NCBI RefSeq assembly: GCF_021869535.1
Contig: NW_026262701.1
Span: 31,558,001 to 31,622,000 of the forward strand
DNA length: 64,000 nucleotides
Reading direction: 5' to 3'
Source of the DNA: Mytilus californianus
Lineage: Eukaryota
Part shown: positions 25,641-38,053 of the stretch, piece after piece
Position numbering within the stretch: the stretch's first letter is position 1
Layout: every line of letters starts with the position of its first letter
Notes under the pieces: model-generated
Seen by the model: the letters and a program-made list of their open reading frames with translations, nothing else
Told to the model about the DNA's origin: nothing
The model's database searches: none
Program-made: the position numbers and the translations under genes

Positions 25641-26683
25641 GGAAAAGATTCATTACCAAGGAATTGTAGCATTTAGTCCACCATCACCCCTACTGCATCT
25701 ATTTGACAATGTTATATTGAAATATGGCCTACAAATAAAAAAAAAGTATATTCATACATACAAGTATGATACATTCGTGTGACGCACAGTTTATATAATT
25801 CGTTTGTGGTGTCCTGGTGTACTGTCGTAAATTCATGGGAGGTGTTCGTTTTTATTCTGTGGTTTTAATGTTGTAATGCACTATTTTATTATTTATTTAT
25901 ATTTTTCTCTGTCCTGAGTGTTCTTGTGTTTATTTGAACTGTATTCCTGTCACGTAATGTTGTCATTTTAGCGGTATTTTTTTAACATTGCTATATAAGC
26001 GGGAGGTTTGGCTAGCCATAAAACCAGTTTCAACCCACCAATGTTTCTTAAAATGTCCTGTACCAAGTCAGGAATATGGCAGTTGTTATCAAATAGTCCG
26101 TTTCTATGTTGGCGTCTGTTTTTGTTGCAGTTCAGTGTTTCTGTTGTTCAGTTGTTTTCCTCTTATAGTTGATGTGTTTCATTTTGTTTTGGTTTGTGAC
26201 CCGGATTTGTATTCGCTTAATCGATTTATGACTATTGAACAGTGGTGTACTACTGTTGCCTTTATTTATGATATTAAAAAGTGAAATAATTCTTTATATC
26301 AATTTTTTTTTCATTCATCTTTTCTATTTGTCTAGTAAAATGTATATTGCTATCTAAGCTTTTCTCCAAATGTGACCTACCAAATTACACTTATAACCGG
26401 GTTTGTATTCAAATGAGCAATACGATGGGTGCCACAAGTACAGCAGGATCAGCTTACCTTTCCGGAGCACCAGAGATAATTCCCGGTTTTTGTTATGGTT
26501 TGTGTCGCTCAGTCTTTAGTTTTCTATGTTGTGTTTTGTGTACGGTTATTTTTCTTTCGGTCTTTTTCTTTTTTTTTTTTGCCATGGCGTTGTCAGTTAA
26601 ATTTAGACTTGTGAGTTTGAATATGCCTTTAGTATCTTTCACCTCTCTCTTATTGTCAGTTTTTGTGTTTACCGACACTTGAG

Positions 26684-26891
26684 CCCTATTGGTTATATCG
26701 TTGTTGCCAGTTTTTTTGTTGGATGAAGCCTAATGCCCGGAGATAACCATCGACAGTTGGCAGGGAAACTGGCAATCCTGGTCAATATCAGATTGAAGTC
26801 AAACTCACTTTCCACAAGCGGGATTCGAACTCACAACCTCAGTGTTGACAGGCTAGTGATACAGTAAATGAATCACTGAGACCACTCGCCC
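26684..26891 (-). mobile_element. tRNA-derived SINE
   Basis: Minus strand GGGCGAGTGG (A-box remnant)...GAGTTCGAATCCC (B-box), then a GGTTATCTCCGGG...AAAACTG...CGATATAAC body typical of mollusc SINEs. Confidence 0.7.
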
Positions 26892-27615
26892 ACAATTGGT
26901 AAAATCACAAAAAATACTGAACTCCGAGGAAAATTCAAAAAGGAAAGTCCCTAATCAAATGGCAAAATCAAAAGCTCAAACACATCAAACGAATGGATAC
27001 CAACAAAGGCCTCCTATTCAATGGCAGAAAGATCATAAAAGTAGAATTATAAGGAGGATGTATTTCCAACGTTAAATCATGTGAAAATTATCTATTATTT
27101 CTTACATGTTTGGAATCTCAACTACAATAGTTTAATTTAAACTTGATTTTTTTATGGAGTTTATTGAGATAGAACAAAATTATTATTATGTTTTATAAAT
27201 TTTATGATATAGTCGTCATCTCAATTTTTCCGAGTTAGCATTTCGTAATTAGAAAATGAATGCTATACTGCTATGAAAAATTGAATTATTCCTATCCCTT
27301 ATCTTCCGTAAACACAGTTAGATCAGGTATCGATGTGGCTAAATTAACAACATTGCAAAGTTTATAATAGTTTGGAACTGCATTCGTCTATTGATTACTC
27401 ATGCTTGATCAATCACATGCAAAGTGGTAATTTTAAAGAAATACATCTTGAGATGTATGAATGCAAAAGTATTGCTTGAGAACGTTACTGCTGTATATGA
27501 AAATATTGTAGTAATTTTCCGTTTTCCAAAAAGTATTTTCAAAATCTTGAAATATTTGCTCTAGTTTTGCCTTATTTGAAGAGACATTTATTGTCGAAAT
27601 GCGAATGTGATGCAG

Positions 27616-28469
27616 TAAAATGTGTACCTGTAATATCATTTCATCCAATAGGGGCGACATTGATATTAAAAAAGTAGAACAAGTTCAGACAATGCAAAGA
27701 CTTGCAAAACAACAACAAGAACTGATGGAGTTCACAACAAAGACCACACAATTGGTTATGAAGATTGAAAGTAACGCAGCTCTGTTTCTATCTGATATAA
27801 CTGGGGTTAAAAGTCAAATGAAGCAATGATCTGATGGGTTAGAAACATTGGAAGAGAAAAACGAGAAATAAAAGAGACAGAAGAAAGGAAGAAAAGGGAA
27901 AAAGAATTAGCAGAGCAAACAAAAAGGAAACAGGAAGAACGGAAGGAAAGAGAACATGAAGAAGCAGAACGGCAAAAAAAAAAGAAAAGAAGAACGGATG
28001 AAAAATGAACAGAAAGAAGCAAAACAAACAAGCAGAACGGAAAAAAACAGGAAGAAGCAGAACGGAAGAAAAAAAGAACAGTAAGAAGTGATTCGGAAGA
28101 AAAAAGAACAAGAAGAATGGAAGAAAAAAAGAACAGGAAGATACAGAACGGAAGAAAAAAGAAAAGGAAGATACAGAACGGAAGAAAAAAGAACAAGAAA
28201 AAGCAGAACGGAAGAAAAAAAGAACAGGAAGAAGCAGAACGGAAGAAAAAAGAACAGGATGAAGCGGTAAGGAAAAAAAAAGAACAGGAAGAACGGAAGA
28301 AAAACGAACAGGAAGAACGGAAAAAAAGAACTTGAAGAACGAAAGAAAGAAGAAAATGAAGAAGCTGAAAAGCGAAAAAAAGAACAAGAGGGACGAGAAG
28401 CCGGGAAAAATCGCCGAAAACAAGAGGAAGAAAAGAAAATGAGGGATTGAAAAACTGGCTTCCCAATAT
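27616..28469 (+). pseudogene. Copy 2 exon C with expanded E/K/R minisatellite
   Basis: DIDIKKVEQVQTMQRLAKQQQELME aligns with 51629-52048; premature TGA at 27827-27829; frameshifts in A-runs; conserved AT|gt donor at 28470. Confidence 0.85.
27930..28400 (+). repeat. Purine-rich coding minisatellite (30-bp and 24-bp units, EQEEAERKKK)
   Basis: Repeated GAACAGGAAGAAGCAGAACGGAAGAAAAAA variants. Confidence 0.85.
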
Positions 28470-31400
28470 GTAAGTTCGCCTTATTTGCTTTCTCTTTCTG
28501 AAATATTTATGGTCATATAGCAGTTCATTTAAAATGTTCATTTAAACAGTTTCTAATATATAGCAATTCCTAATTCATTACATACAATATCATCAATTTG
28601 TATGAAGATAAAGATATATGACAACGAAAAAGCTTCTAATTGACAATAAAACATCGAATGACATAAACATATTGTTTTCAGATGTATACAAATTTATACA
28701 CAATATGTCAAGCTGTAAATATCACCGATTCTAGAAAATTCACTACGAAAACTATATATAATTGGTGATATACACATTTCGTCCATTTATTAAGATATCA
28801 CAATTAAAGACGAAACAAAGTCTGCCAGGAAATCTGCTGTGTTATTTTTACAATGCCTGATGGAACTCAGAACAGCGATTTTGCCAAAGCTATGACTCTG
28901 TTGAAGACCTCGATAAATGTTTGAAAACCTATGACGAAACGAAAACTTATATCCCCTGTTATCACAATCCAGCCACAGAAGAGCAAAGAGACTATGTTAT
29001 GCAATTAACATTGTGCAATTAAGATGTAACAATTCCGATTTTTGGTTGTTAGTCTTAACAAACATTTTTAATATTGACTGCATCGCAAAGATTTATATTG
29101 ATTAATTCCAATAGGTAAAATTATGATCAGTATTTCAATGCGTAAATTATAACATATTAATTACATATATAATGTTATAAATTTATGTACTGACAAATAA
29201 CATTTTGTTTACATTTTAGTTGCCAATGCGAGTGTATGTTCCAATAGTATCGCATTATGGTAACCTTTTACCAACACTGAAGTTCTCAATCAAAGGTCAG
29301 AAATGGAGATCAGGAAAATCACTTCCAGAAATTACACTGCCAAATGTACAGGTTAGTAAAATAAAGATTACTTGAAGTAGTTATAATAGTACATTAAAAA
29401 TAAATCCGCGCTTTGTTTATCATTTCAAATAACTTTTCGTTTATTAATTACCAGAATGTTTCTTTGTTTAATGTTGTTTTTGAAACTATGGTCATACATG
29501 TTATATTCAAGTGTAATTATGCGAAGAAATTGTAGTTAATTGATATAGGTAACCTTAAGGTATCTTACATTGTCACTGTAACATATTCTCTTGTTAGCTT
29601 CCAGCAATTGAACTGCAAAGATACTCACCATGGTCGATTTAAAGAACGATGTCAATCGAGATTTCGATCTCAGGATTGATTTAATCATTGACTTAATCTA
29701 GTCATGCATCTTCAATAAGAATAAGAAAAGTTAAAGAATACACGTAAAGATTTTTGACTCGACATCATTTTTACGTGTCAGGGAAGCTGATATTTTTCTA
29801 TTATATAACTGTTCCATCAAAGAAAGGAAAATGATAATAATAAGTAGTTGTTCTCAGTTTAAGGAAATCTTTACAACAGAACGTAATTGTTTAAAGTAAG
29901 ATCAATTAAACAGCAACAACACACAAAAAAACAAACATTTAGACATGAGCAAAATGTCTTCAACAAAAGAAAAATATCCTTAAGATTTGTCAAGATTTAA
30001 ATGAACTCGATACTAAACAACTATGAACAGATTTTACAGACACTAATAAAGATCTGCCCTAAACATTCATTTTTGTTAACGACAAAAGTATTAAGATCTC
30101 AAACTTCCCACTAACAGGAACATAATTGTTCACCTATATGTATTTGTTTTATTTTTTGCTACCCTTTTCTATTTATATTGGTCAGTGGATTAAGAAAATA
30201 TACACCTGTATTGTCAAATTGAACTAAATTAGCATGCAAGGTTAAGAATTAATGGTTTTATCTAATTACAGAAGATTTTCTTAAACCGTTACGTTGATCA
30301 ATAGAAATTATCTTACATAGAATATGAAAAAAGAATTTTTTTTTACCACATAGCGTAGTCATATCAATTACAAAAATTCTGAAATAACAAAAAAAAATTG
30401 GCCAATGACTATTTCATGTGATAAACTAAATATATTTTTGAAAATATTCCTTTCATATTGAGCTGCAATCGAAATGATAAAGTAACTCTTCATAATAAAA
30501 GAAACTAATAAAATATTTGCAAAGTGAACGTACTGATATTGTTCTAAATAGTAATTATGCGCTTTCTCTGTATTTTTTGCTCATTGAATTATCTCCACAG
30601 TAATTTTTATTTCGACTTTGAGAATGAACGGACTAGTCGGTTCCTCTGTTAAATTTTTTTTTAGTAATTTCTTTTAATATGAATATTTTGATATTAAGTT
30701 CAAAGGTTCATCAATGGTTAGGCTGTGAAAAGCAATTCTAACAAATCATTTTCTTACGTGCATTGTAATCTAATAAGTTAACCGACATTTTTACCAAAAT
30801 TTGGTACAGAGATATCATTTTGTGTAACTTATCAACCGTGTATGTGTTATCGCTGCAAATAATACTTTCCTAAACGACACTTCGTGAATGTCAGTTTACG
30901 CGACTTACCAAAAAGCAGATTTAGACACGTCAGGTGCATTATATCCCGTTACTCCCCTAGCAGCTGGTGACTAGTTATCATAGTATAAAACATTAAATAA
31001 TTTGTGTTCATTCCAGTTCAATAATACCCACTTCGTTAGCACTATTTGTGTTTGCGTTATCTCTCACTTTCAAAATCGCACATAATTTTTTTTTTTTTTT
31101 GGGGAAAAAGCTAAAGTGTATTATAATTGTGATACATATTTCTTCATGAAAAAAAAATTGTAGTTTTGATTGGAAGTAAATTGTACGGGTTATTGTTATG
31201 ATTATTTAGTATTATATTAATGTATGCAAATCAAATATATATATTTAAAGAAACTTGTGCTGGATGAAAATACATTTTTTTTCGATTTTTCAAGTCTCCA
31301 ATTTCATCACAGGAACTGGAGAATCAAACATTTGACGCCTCGTTAAACGGCAACTGAATTCACCGATAAACATATCAATTCCATAAATACATTTTAGATA

Positions 31401-31620
31401 ATTAGAAACGTTACTTAGATGACTGTTTTGTATTGTGGACATTAATTTGGAGAAATTAAATGAATTTAGAAATGTAATCAATAATATCAACAAAAGTATC
31501 CATTTCACTTTGGAATATAGCGATAGACAGATACACAATTACCGTTTAATGATACATACATATAATGATGGTATCCGTATTTTGCGTTTTATAACATTGT
31601 TGTTATAATTCTAAAACTAG

Positions 31621-31795
31621 GATGTTTGCTTTGTTGGAGTGGAAATGCCCATTAAGCAATTGGAGAACATGCAGTGTGTTGCTGTTGCAAGACATAAACG
31701 TCATGAAACTACAGTTGACGAGAGAGGAAAAGTTTTTGAACTAAAGATTGACAGCAATATGAAAGTCAAGTCGAAAAACTATTGTTGCAACAAAG
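31621..31795 (+). pseudogene. Copy 2 exon F with 20-nt deletion removing FPxxAFxG
   Basis: 175 nt versus 195 nt in copies 1 and 3. Confidence 0.85.
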
Positions 31796-34244
31796 GTATA
31801 TATTGTGAAAGCTATCTTACTAATATAACATGACAAAGTTGGGAAAGCAATGTTGCTGAAATGGAATATATATGTATGCATTATAAGAATATTGCAGCTG
31901 CACAATAACAATTTCGACAAAGCTACATATAAAAAAGATCAAACATAAGTATAAAAACGAGCATAAAAACAATGACAGTATAAGATATAAGTCATAGTTT
32001 AATCATATATTCAAAAAAAAGAGTTGGATAATACTATTGGGATATTCCAAAGGTATGAAAAGTTGTCGACTCATCTTCTCTATCGTCAATTAAGATAATT
32101 TTTAAAATAGTATTTTTTTCATAATTTTAGTAATGCCTTTCATACACCCCGTTCAACCAACGTTTACTTAGTTTAGCTTTATTTAGATAGAATTATGTAT
32201 GTATTGGAAGCTATGCTGCATTTAAACGTTTTAACTTCAAGATCTACAATGATTAAATACATAGATTATATGAAACATATCAATAAATGTAATGAATAGA
32301 CATTAGAGGCTGCGACAAATATTTTCTCACCTTTTTGGGGATTTCTAGAAATGTTTAACATTCGACAAAACTTTCAGTATGAGTGATCAAAAACATGAAA
32401 AAACACTACGGTTTTTGCAGTGTGAGGCCGTCACGACACTATGATAATTTTGACATTGTGAACATATATATCCGGACATCACATTAACCAAACTTTACAA
32501 TACTAATGAATTCAATGAAGAATTATGCCAGACAATGGGATAAACACGAAAATAGAGACGTGAATGTGTTAAGGCTGTGAGGTCGTTAATCCAAATAAAA
32601 TGATAGGTCTATGAACACACATGCTACATTCATCTTCAAAGACACAAACGTGGCTTTAAACTTCTGTTACCTGCATAACAAATATGGTGCTGTCCTCGTA
32701 TATAAAGCCCCGAATAACAGTATTTTTATGAGTACATCAAATTACATAAACTGATGGATAACGGAATAAGTATTGATTTTTCACTTTGGAATTCAACATA
32801 TACGCCAACGAGACTTATAAATAAGATAATTTTTAACAATCATAGGTCTGTTATATGTACCTTTGGAATTTGTATCAGAAATGAATACTAACTTGATCTT
32901 CATTCACTGTACTGGATATCAAAATTGCAAAGGTTGCCTTTGGTTTACTTTTACAAATTGTGACTTGGATGGAGAGTTGTCTCATTGGCACTCATACCAC
33001 ATCTTCTTATATCTATTACAAGCAAAGTTAAAGTGTAGGGTCTGTCAAGTGCCCTACAACACCGGGCCTCAGAGTTACTGTGAAAATCCCTTCTCTATAG
33101 TCGGTGTTGACCAGATGTTTGTCATGAAAAATAGGCTTCTCTACTAAATCAGATGTTGCTTATGTGAAATTCGAAAGATATGTAACAGTACATACAATCT
33201 AAGTATTATTCCTATTGCAATGGTATAAATATGTAGGCATCTGAACCGCGATGGTACTCCGTGTTGGTCACGCTAAAAAAGGTTAGACTCTGAAGTGTGT
33301 TTTTTATCATTTTGAAGTGCGGTGGTGGCATTGTGTCGCTATCTTGTTGATAGCTACGAGGAAGTGAGTTGGTGATAACGATGAAGTGTGATGGATTACA
33401 TAAACAACATTTTTACTATGTTTTTCACGTTCATTTGTCAATGTACAAGATAATTTTTTGTTAGAGGAGGCTTTTCAGGTTGCTACGTAAATCATCGAGA
33501 GTATGCAGGACGATCTCTCATTTAGTATGAAAGGACATACATAATATGAAATATTGTCTTATTTTGTGTTGCAAACACCGTTTAAAAAGATGAAACTTTA
33601 GTATAAGCAAAGTACTGACATATGATAATTAAACATATATCATTTTGTCATTTAATCCTAATTAGCATGGTAAACAGGCTAATTACAGGTAATCATTCTT
33701 TTAACGATTCGATTATTTCAATCATTCATATCATCGATAACAAAATGCCATAGATTTTTATTGATAACAATGAAATCAAATTTCATCTAAGTAATAAAAA
33801 ATCTACTTTTTAATATAATTACACATCTGCATGTAGATTTTTAGCTAGCTATCACGCGTCATATAGACCATAGCATATCAGCTAAAGGACCATCACACTC
33901 TGACGAAAACCATCGTCCTTCAGCATAACCATAATCCTACATTTCATTAAAAACAGCTAATTACCTGTTTTATATTGCCAAATCGATGTCAAGACTGATG
34001 AATACATGCAAACATATAAAAACTTCTATTATCGTGTATGTTATAGTTACCAAATTAAAAAGTGTTGGGAATGTATAGATACTGTGCTTTCGAGTGAAAT
34101 TTAGTCCATCCTATGGTGTATCTACACATAGCCAATCACTTTTTTTTTTTGGTAAATGACATGTGTCAAAGTTCACAACTGATATCACGTGATGAAAAGT
34201 ACTTTTCCCGCTGCATTATTAATCTGCGGGTTTCATTCGTCTGA

Positions 34245-35045
34245 AATGGCTGCAAAAATGGAGGTCTGTGACATTGACTTTTTAAACTTTTTCTACAACA
34301 GTAAACTTTTCGGGCTCAGAGGAGTGGACGATCATCGGAACTTCTGTCCGTGGACTTGTTCGAACTTGGAAATGATCAGACGGGAAGCTATATTTTATTC
34401 AAGGGCAGAGCCAACAAAACGTACTATGGTAAGTGTCATTTTTCTTACAATTTTGTAGTATTTGTGCTTTTATTGTGTATTTCAATTGGTTCTTTTGTGT
34501 ATTTGGGTCATTAACACTTGACTGACGGTTTTCAGAAAATCCAGGTGTCTTCGTCGAGGTCCGCGCTACAACAGGTGCTTCTTTTATGGAAAACAATAAG
34601 GTAAACACGGGTATATTGTGTCGTGTGACGGTGTGTATGCTTATTACATTTTACCCAATCCAGGCCAAATAAAATTGTTTTATATTTCAATAATCAGTTT
34701 TGTTCAATGTATGATTTTTATGTCACTGAATGTCAATACTTAATTTTTTTTCAGGTGGACTCAAATCAGTGGAACTTCAGTGCCCAAATCCTAAAACACT
34801 ACCTTCAAAACCCTGTACTTTTCAAGAAATATCACGGAACAGTATTTGAATATTGTACGTGATCTGAATGGGACAGCCATTTACAAGAGACCTCTAGATT
34901 AAGGACGTACATGTAAAGTTTGGTGAACAGTCAGTAGGCGTTTTCAAAGTATCTAATATCATGAAAACGGAAAATCGTGAACCATCAAATAGTGCTAGAG
35001 GAGGCTTTGGAAGTTTGTTGACTGGATGCATGTTCAATTCTAATA
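34245..35045 (+). pseudogene. Decayed unidentified intron-containing gene nested in the copy-2 F-G intron
   Basis: Donor GTAAGT at 34429, acceptor 34535/6, donor 34601, acceptor 34754/5; a frame is continuous across both introns but needs frameshifts elsewhere. Confidence 0.45.
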
Positions 35046-35914
35046 ATGGAAGTTAATTACAATGTATATGAGTGATTGATTCAGTATTTGTGGATTATGT
35101 TGAATGGTTTTGGTGTCTTTCATTCAAAGGAATGTTTTTATAATGGAATTATGTGCACCTTTTTTTTTGTAGTGAATTTGTTTGCATTATGGAATCATGT
35201 GCATCTTTTTTGGTAGGATTCGAGGATTTATATGTGTGTCGTTCAGTCTCACATTTTTTTTTAAAAATACTACAGTTATTAAAATTCATTGTTATACTTA
35301 TTATATGAAAAAGAAAGGATACGGGGTATTCACCAATGAGACAATTACCCAACACTTTACTTTTAGGGTTGAAAAATATTCCAGGAAAAAAAATGTGTTA
35401 CATTGTAGTTTCTGGCTAAAAGTGTAAGGTATCTAACATATACCACAGGGCCATTTTCAAGCAACTGGTAAACCAATCAGAGGGCAGACATGGAACTGTG
35501 GTGTATGTGTAGATACCCTCATACTTTTTCAACTGAAAATCAAACAAACTATGGTACATTTGCTGATAGTGATACACATAATTAACCATGAATGTAAGCG
35601 ACATATATTTATAGACATATATATTGTGTGTTGCATGTGTATAAAAGGAGATTTCCCAAGATAAACAACGTTAGATCGTTCATTCTTTGAAATCATCAGC
35701 TGATTTTGGTAAAGTTACTGTCACAGACGGAAACATTGTACAAAAACCATATAAACATGTTTGCTGTCCCTGTTATTTATTAAATTTCTTTTGAATGATA
35801 TAATTATTATTTCCTGAAGCTGCTTATTCATTTATTCTTGTGAGACAACGCTGGACAAAGGTATTTTGTACATCGAAAATTACGGATTGAAATCTAAAAA
35901 CTATTTTTGTCTTT

Positions 35915-36280
35915 CAGATTGGGAACAGTTATAACAACCGTTATGGAGAATCTGTGCGACAGATGACCACAAATGTAATCATATTGCCGTAGCCACAATT
36001 CCATCTTTCTCTCTTCGATCGCGACATTACCGAATCAGACTTATCATATGGTTTATACTTGCTTTATCAACACGTAGGGTGTCATATGGGGAGCATCTGA
36101 ATTCACGCCGGGTTTTTGTGAGATTCGTCTTGATCGGTTTTTAGTTTTATATGTAGTGTTTTGTGAACTTGTGAACTTGCTCGTCTTTTCGTCGTATTTC
36201 GGTTTTTTGGGGGGTTTTTTTTGCCATGGCATTGTCAGGTTTTCTTTGACTTTTGAATACCTTCTTAGTATCTTCCGCCT
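35915..36280 (+). mobile_element. Penelope-like 3' tail remnant
   Basis: RYGESV.QMTT-like ORF end plus tail; related pieces at 14700-14930, 26350-26680 and 62290-62520 (minus strand). Confidence 0.55.
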
Positions 36281-37859
36281 TTTTAACTTCTACTAACAAA
36301 ATGAATCCGATGATGCCATACAAGATTGATCTCAGTAACACAGATGCTTATAGCAGTATGATGGCATGTTTTATACAAAAGGGTAAGGTTGTCGGGAAAG
36401 CAAATTTAAGGTGTGGAAAGAATAATTTTTATTACTTTTTATGTGCATTTTATAAATTTTTTAAATTTGTTTGGACATTCAGATACAGTTCAACTAGTTT
36501 AAAATAAATACAAAATTAAATGAAAATCCGAAATTCTGACCGGCCCCTCTGCTTTAAAATGTAAAAACTATTGACAATATTATTATTTCGAACAAAATAA
36601 ATTTCACTGAAGTACAAGGAGTTTGCAGGATTCTTAATTTCATCTGTACATATTTTAGTAAAGGAGGGAGATTTTATAGGTGTAAAAACTCATAAAAGAT
36701 ACCAGGCTTATAATTTGGTACGCTAGACAGCGTTTCGTCTACACAAGGTTTATCCATGGCACTCGAATCAAAACAGTTAAAAGGCTTAATCAAAAGCAAA
36801 ATTAAATAGCATTGAAAACAAACAATTTCGAAAACTTATACAAAACGATTAAAGCTGTCTAATCCTTGTGGTAGGAATACATCAGTGTTTACAATAGTTC
36901 AACATTTAATAAACTGTAAGTTTAAAGGAAATAAGTATTTCAATGATGTTTCATGTAATAAACAAAACATGACGATGCTCTCAAGAACGAAGAGTTAAAC
37001 AGCAGATCCGTCGACCCAGTTGTTGTAAAAACTCCCCAAGGCTAGGCTAATAACTTGGTACGCCTGATGCGAGTTTCATCAAACAGAGGACTCATCAACG
37101 GGGTTCAAATTAAAATAATTGGAAGGTCAAATCAAGTCGATGCTAAAGTAAAACGAAAACCGAAAATTCCCAATAGTTGTGTCAACAACAGTTTAGGCTG
37201 TCTATGTCATGAGATAGAAAAACCTCATTGTTTCCAGTAATTTAACATTTCTCATATTAGTAACACAAACGAGCTGACTATTGGCTGGTGACATCGACCC
37301 AGTTGTTGTAAGAACTCATCAATGATACCAAAAGAGACGACAATATAAAAAATACTAGGAAATTGTAATTTACAGAAACGGCACTTTTATAGTACATCAT
37401 GAACTATTTTTCGTTGAGGTTTTTAACTGTGCAATGTACTAACAATTTGAGGGAAAATAATAATACGTTTCTTTTTATAACTCTCTTGTATATCAGCAGC
37501 TTCGTTATGTTTTAGGAAGATTTTCATATAAAAATTTGATAATTCATTTTCTAAGAACTACTTTATTACGCAAAACAACATTTTTGTTATAAGATCCATT
37601 TTTATTTTTGTATAATGCTTTGCATTGTATTTAATCAAACAATAATTGCTTAATCAAGTTAAATTTGTGTTGCTGAAAGCAGTTCCATGGACTCATGCCG
37701 ACATAAAAAATGCACCAAAGAAGCACAAGGAGTTGCAAAATATTAAAACAGCCTGTTCCTATAAATATTATAGATATATCATGCGAACATTCAACAAAGG
37801 CAGATTCAGATTCAGAGATGTATGATTTTGGGTGGGTTGGTAAGTTTTTTATGAATATA

Positions 37860-38053
37860 NNNNNNNNNNNNNNNNNNNNNNNNNNNNNNNNNNNNNNNNN
37901 NNNNNNNNNNNNNNNNNNNNNNNNNNNNNNNNNNNNNNNNNNNNNNNNNNNNNNNNNNNNNNNNNNNNNNNNNNNNNNNNNNNNNNNNNNNNNNNNNNNN
38001 NNNNNNNNNNNNNNNNNNNNNNNNNNNNNNNNNNNNNNNNNNNNNNNNNNNNN
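37860..38053. other. Assembly gap (194 N)
   Basis: Run of N; true size unknown. Confidence 1.

Noticed and set aside
27807-28541. Long minus-strand F/S/L-rich ORFs (244 aa and 194 aa; also 51808-52099)
   Set aside because: They are antisense shadows of the purine-rich E/K/R coding tract.
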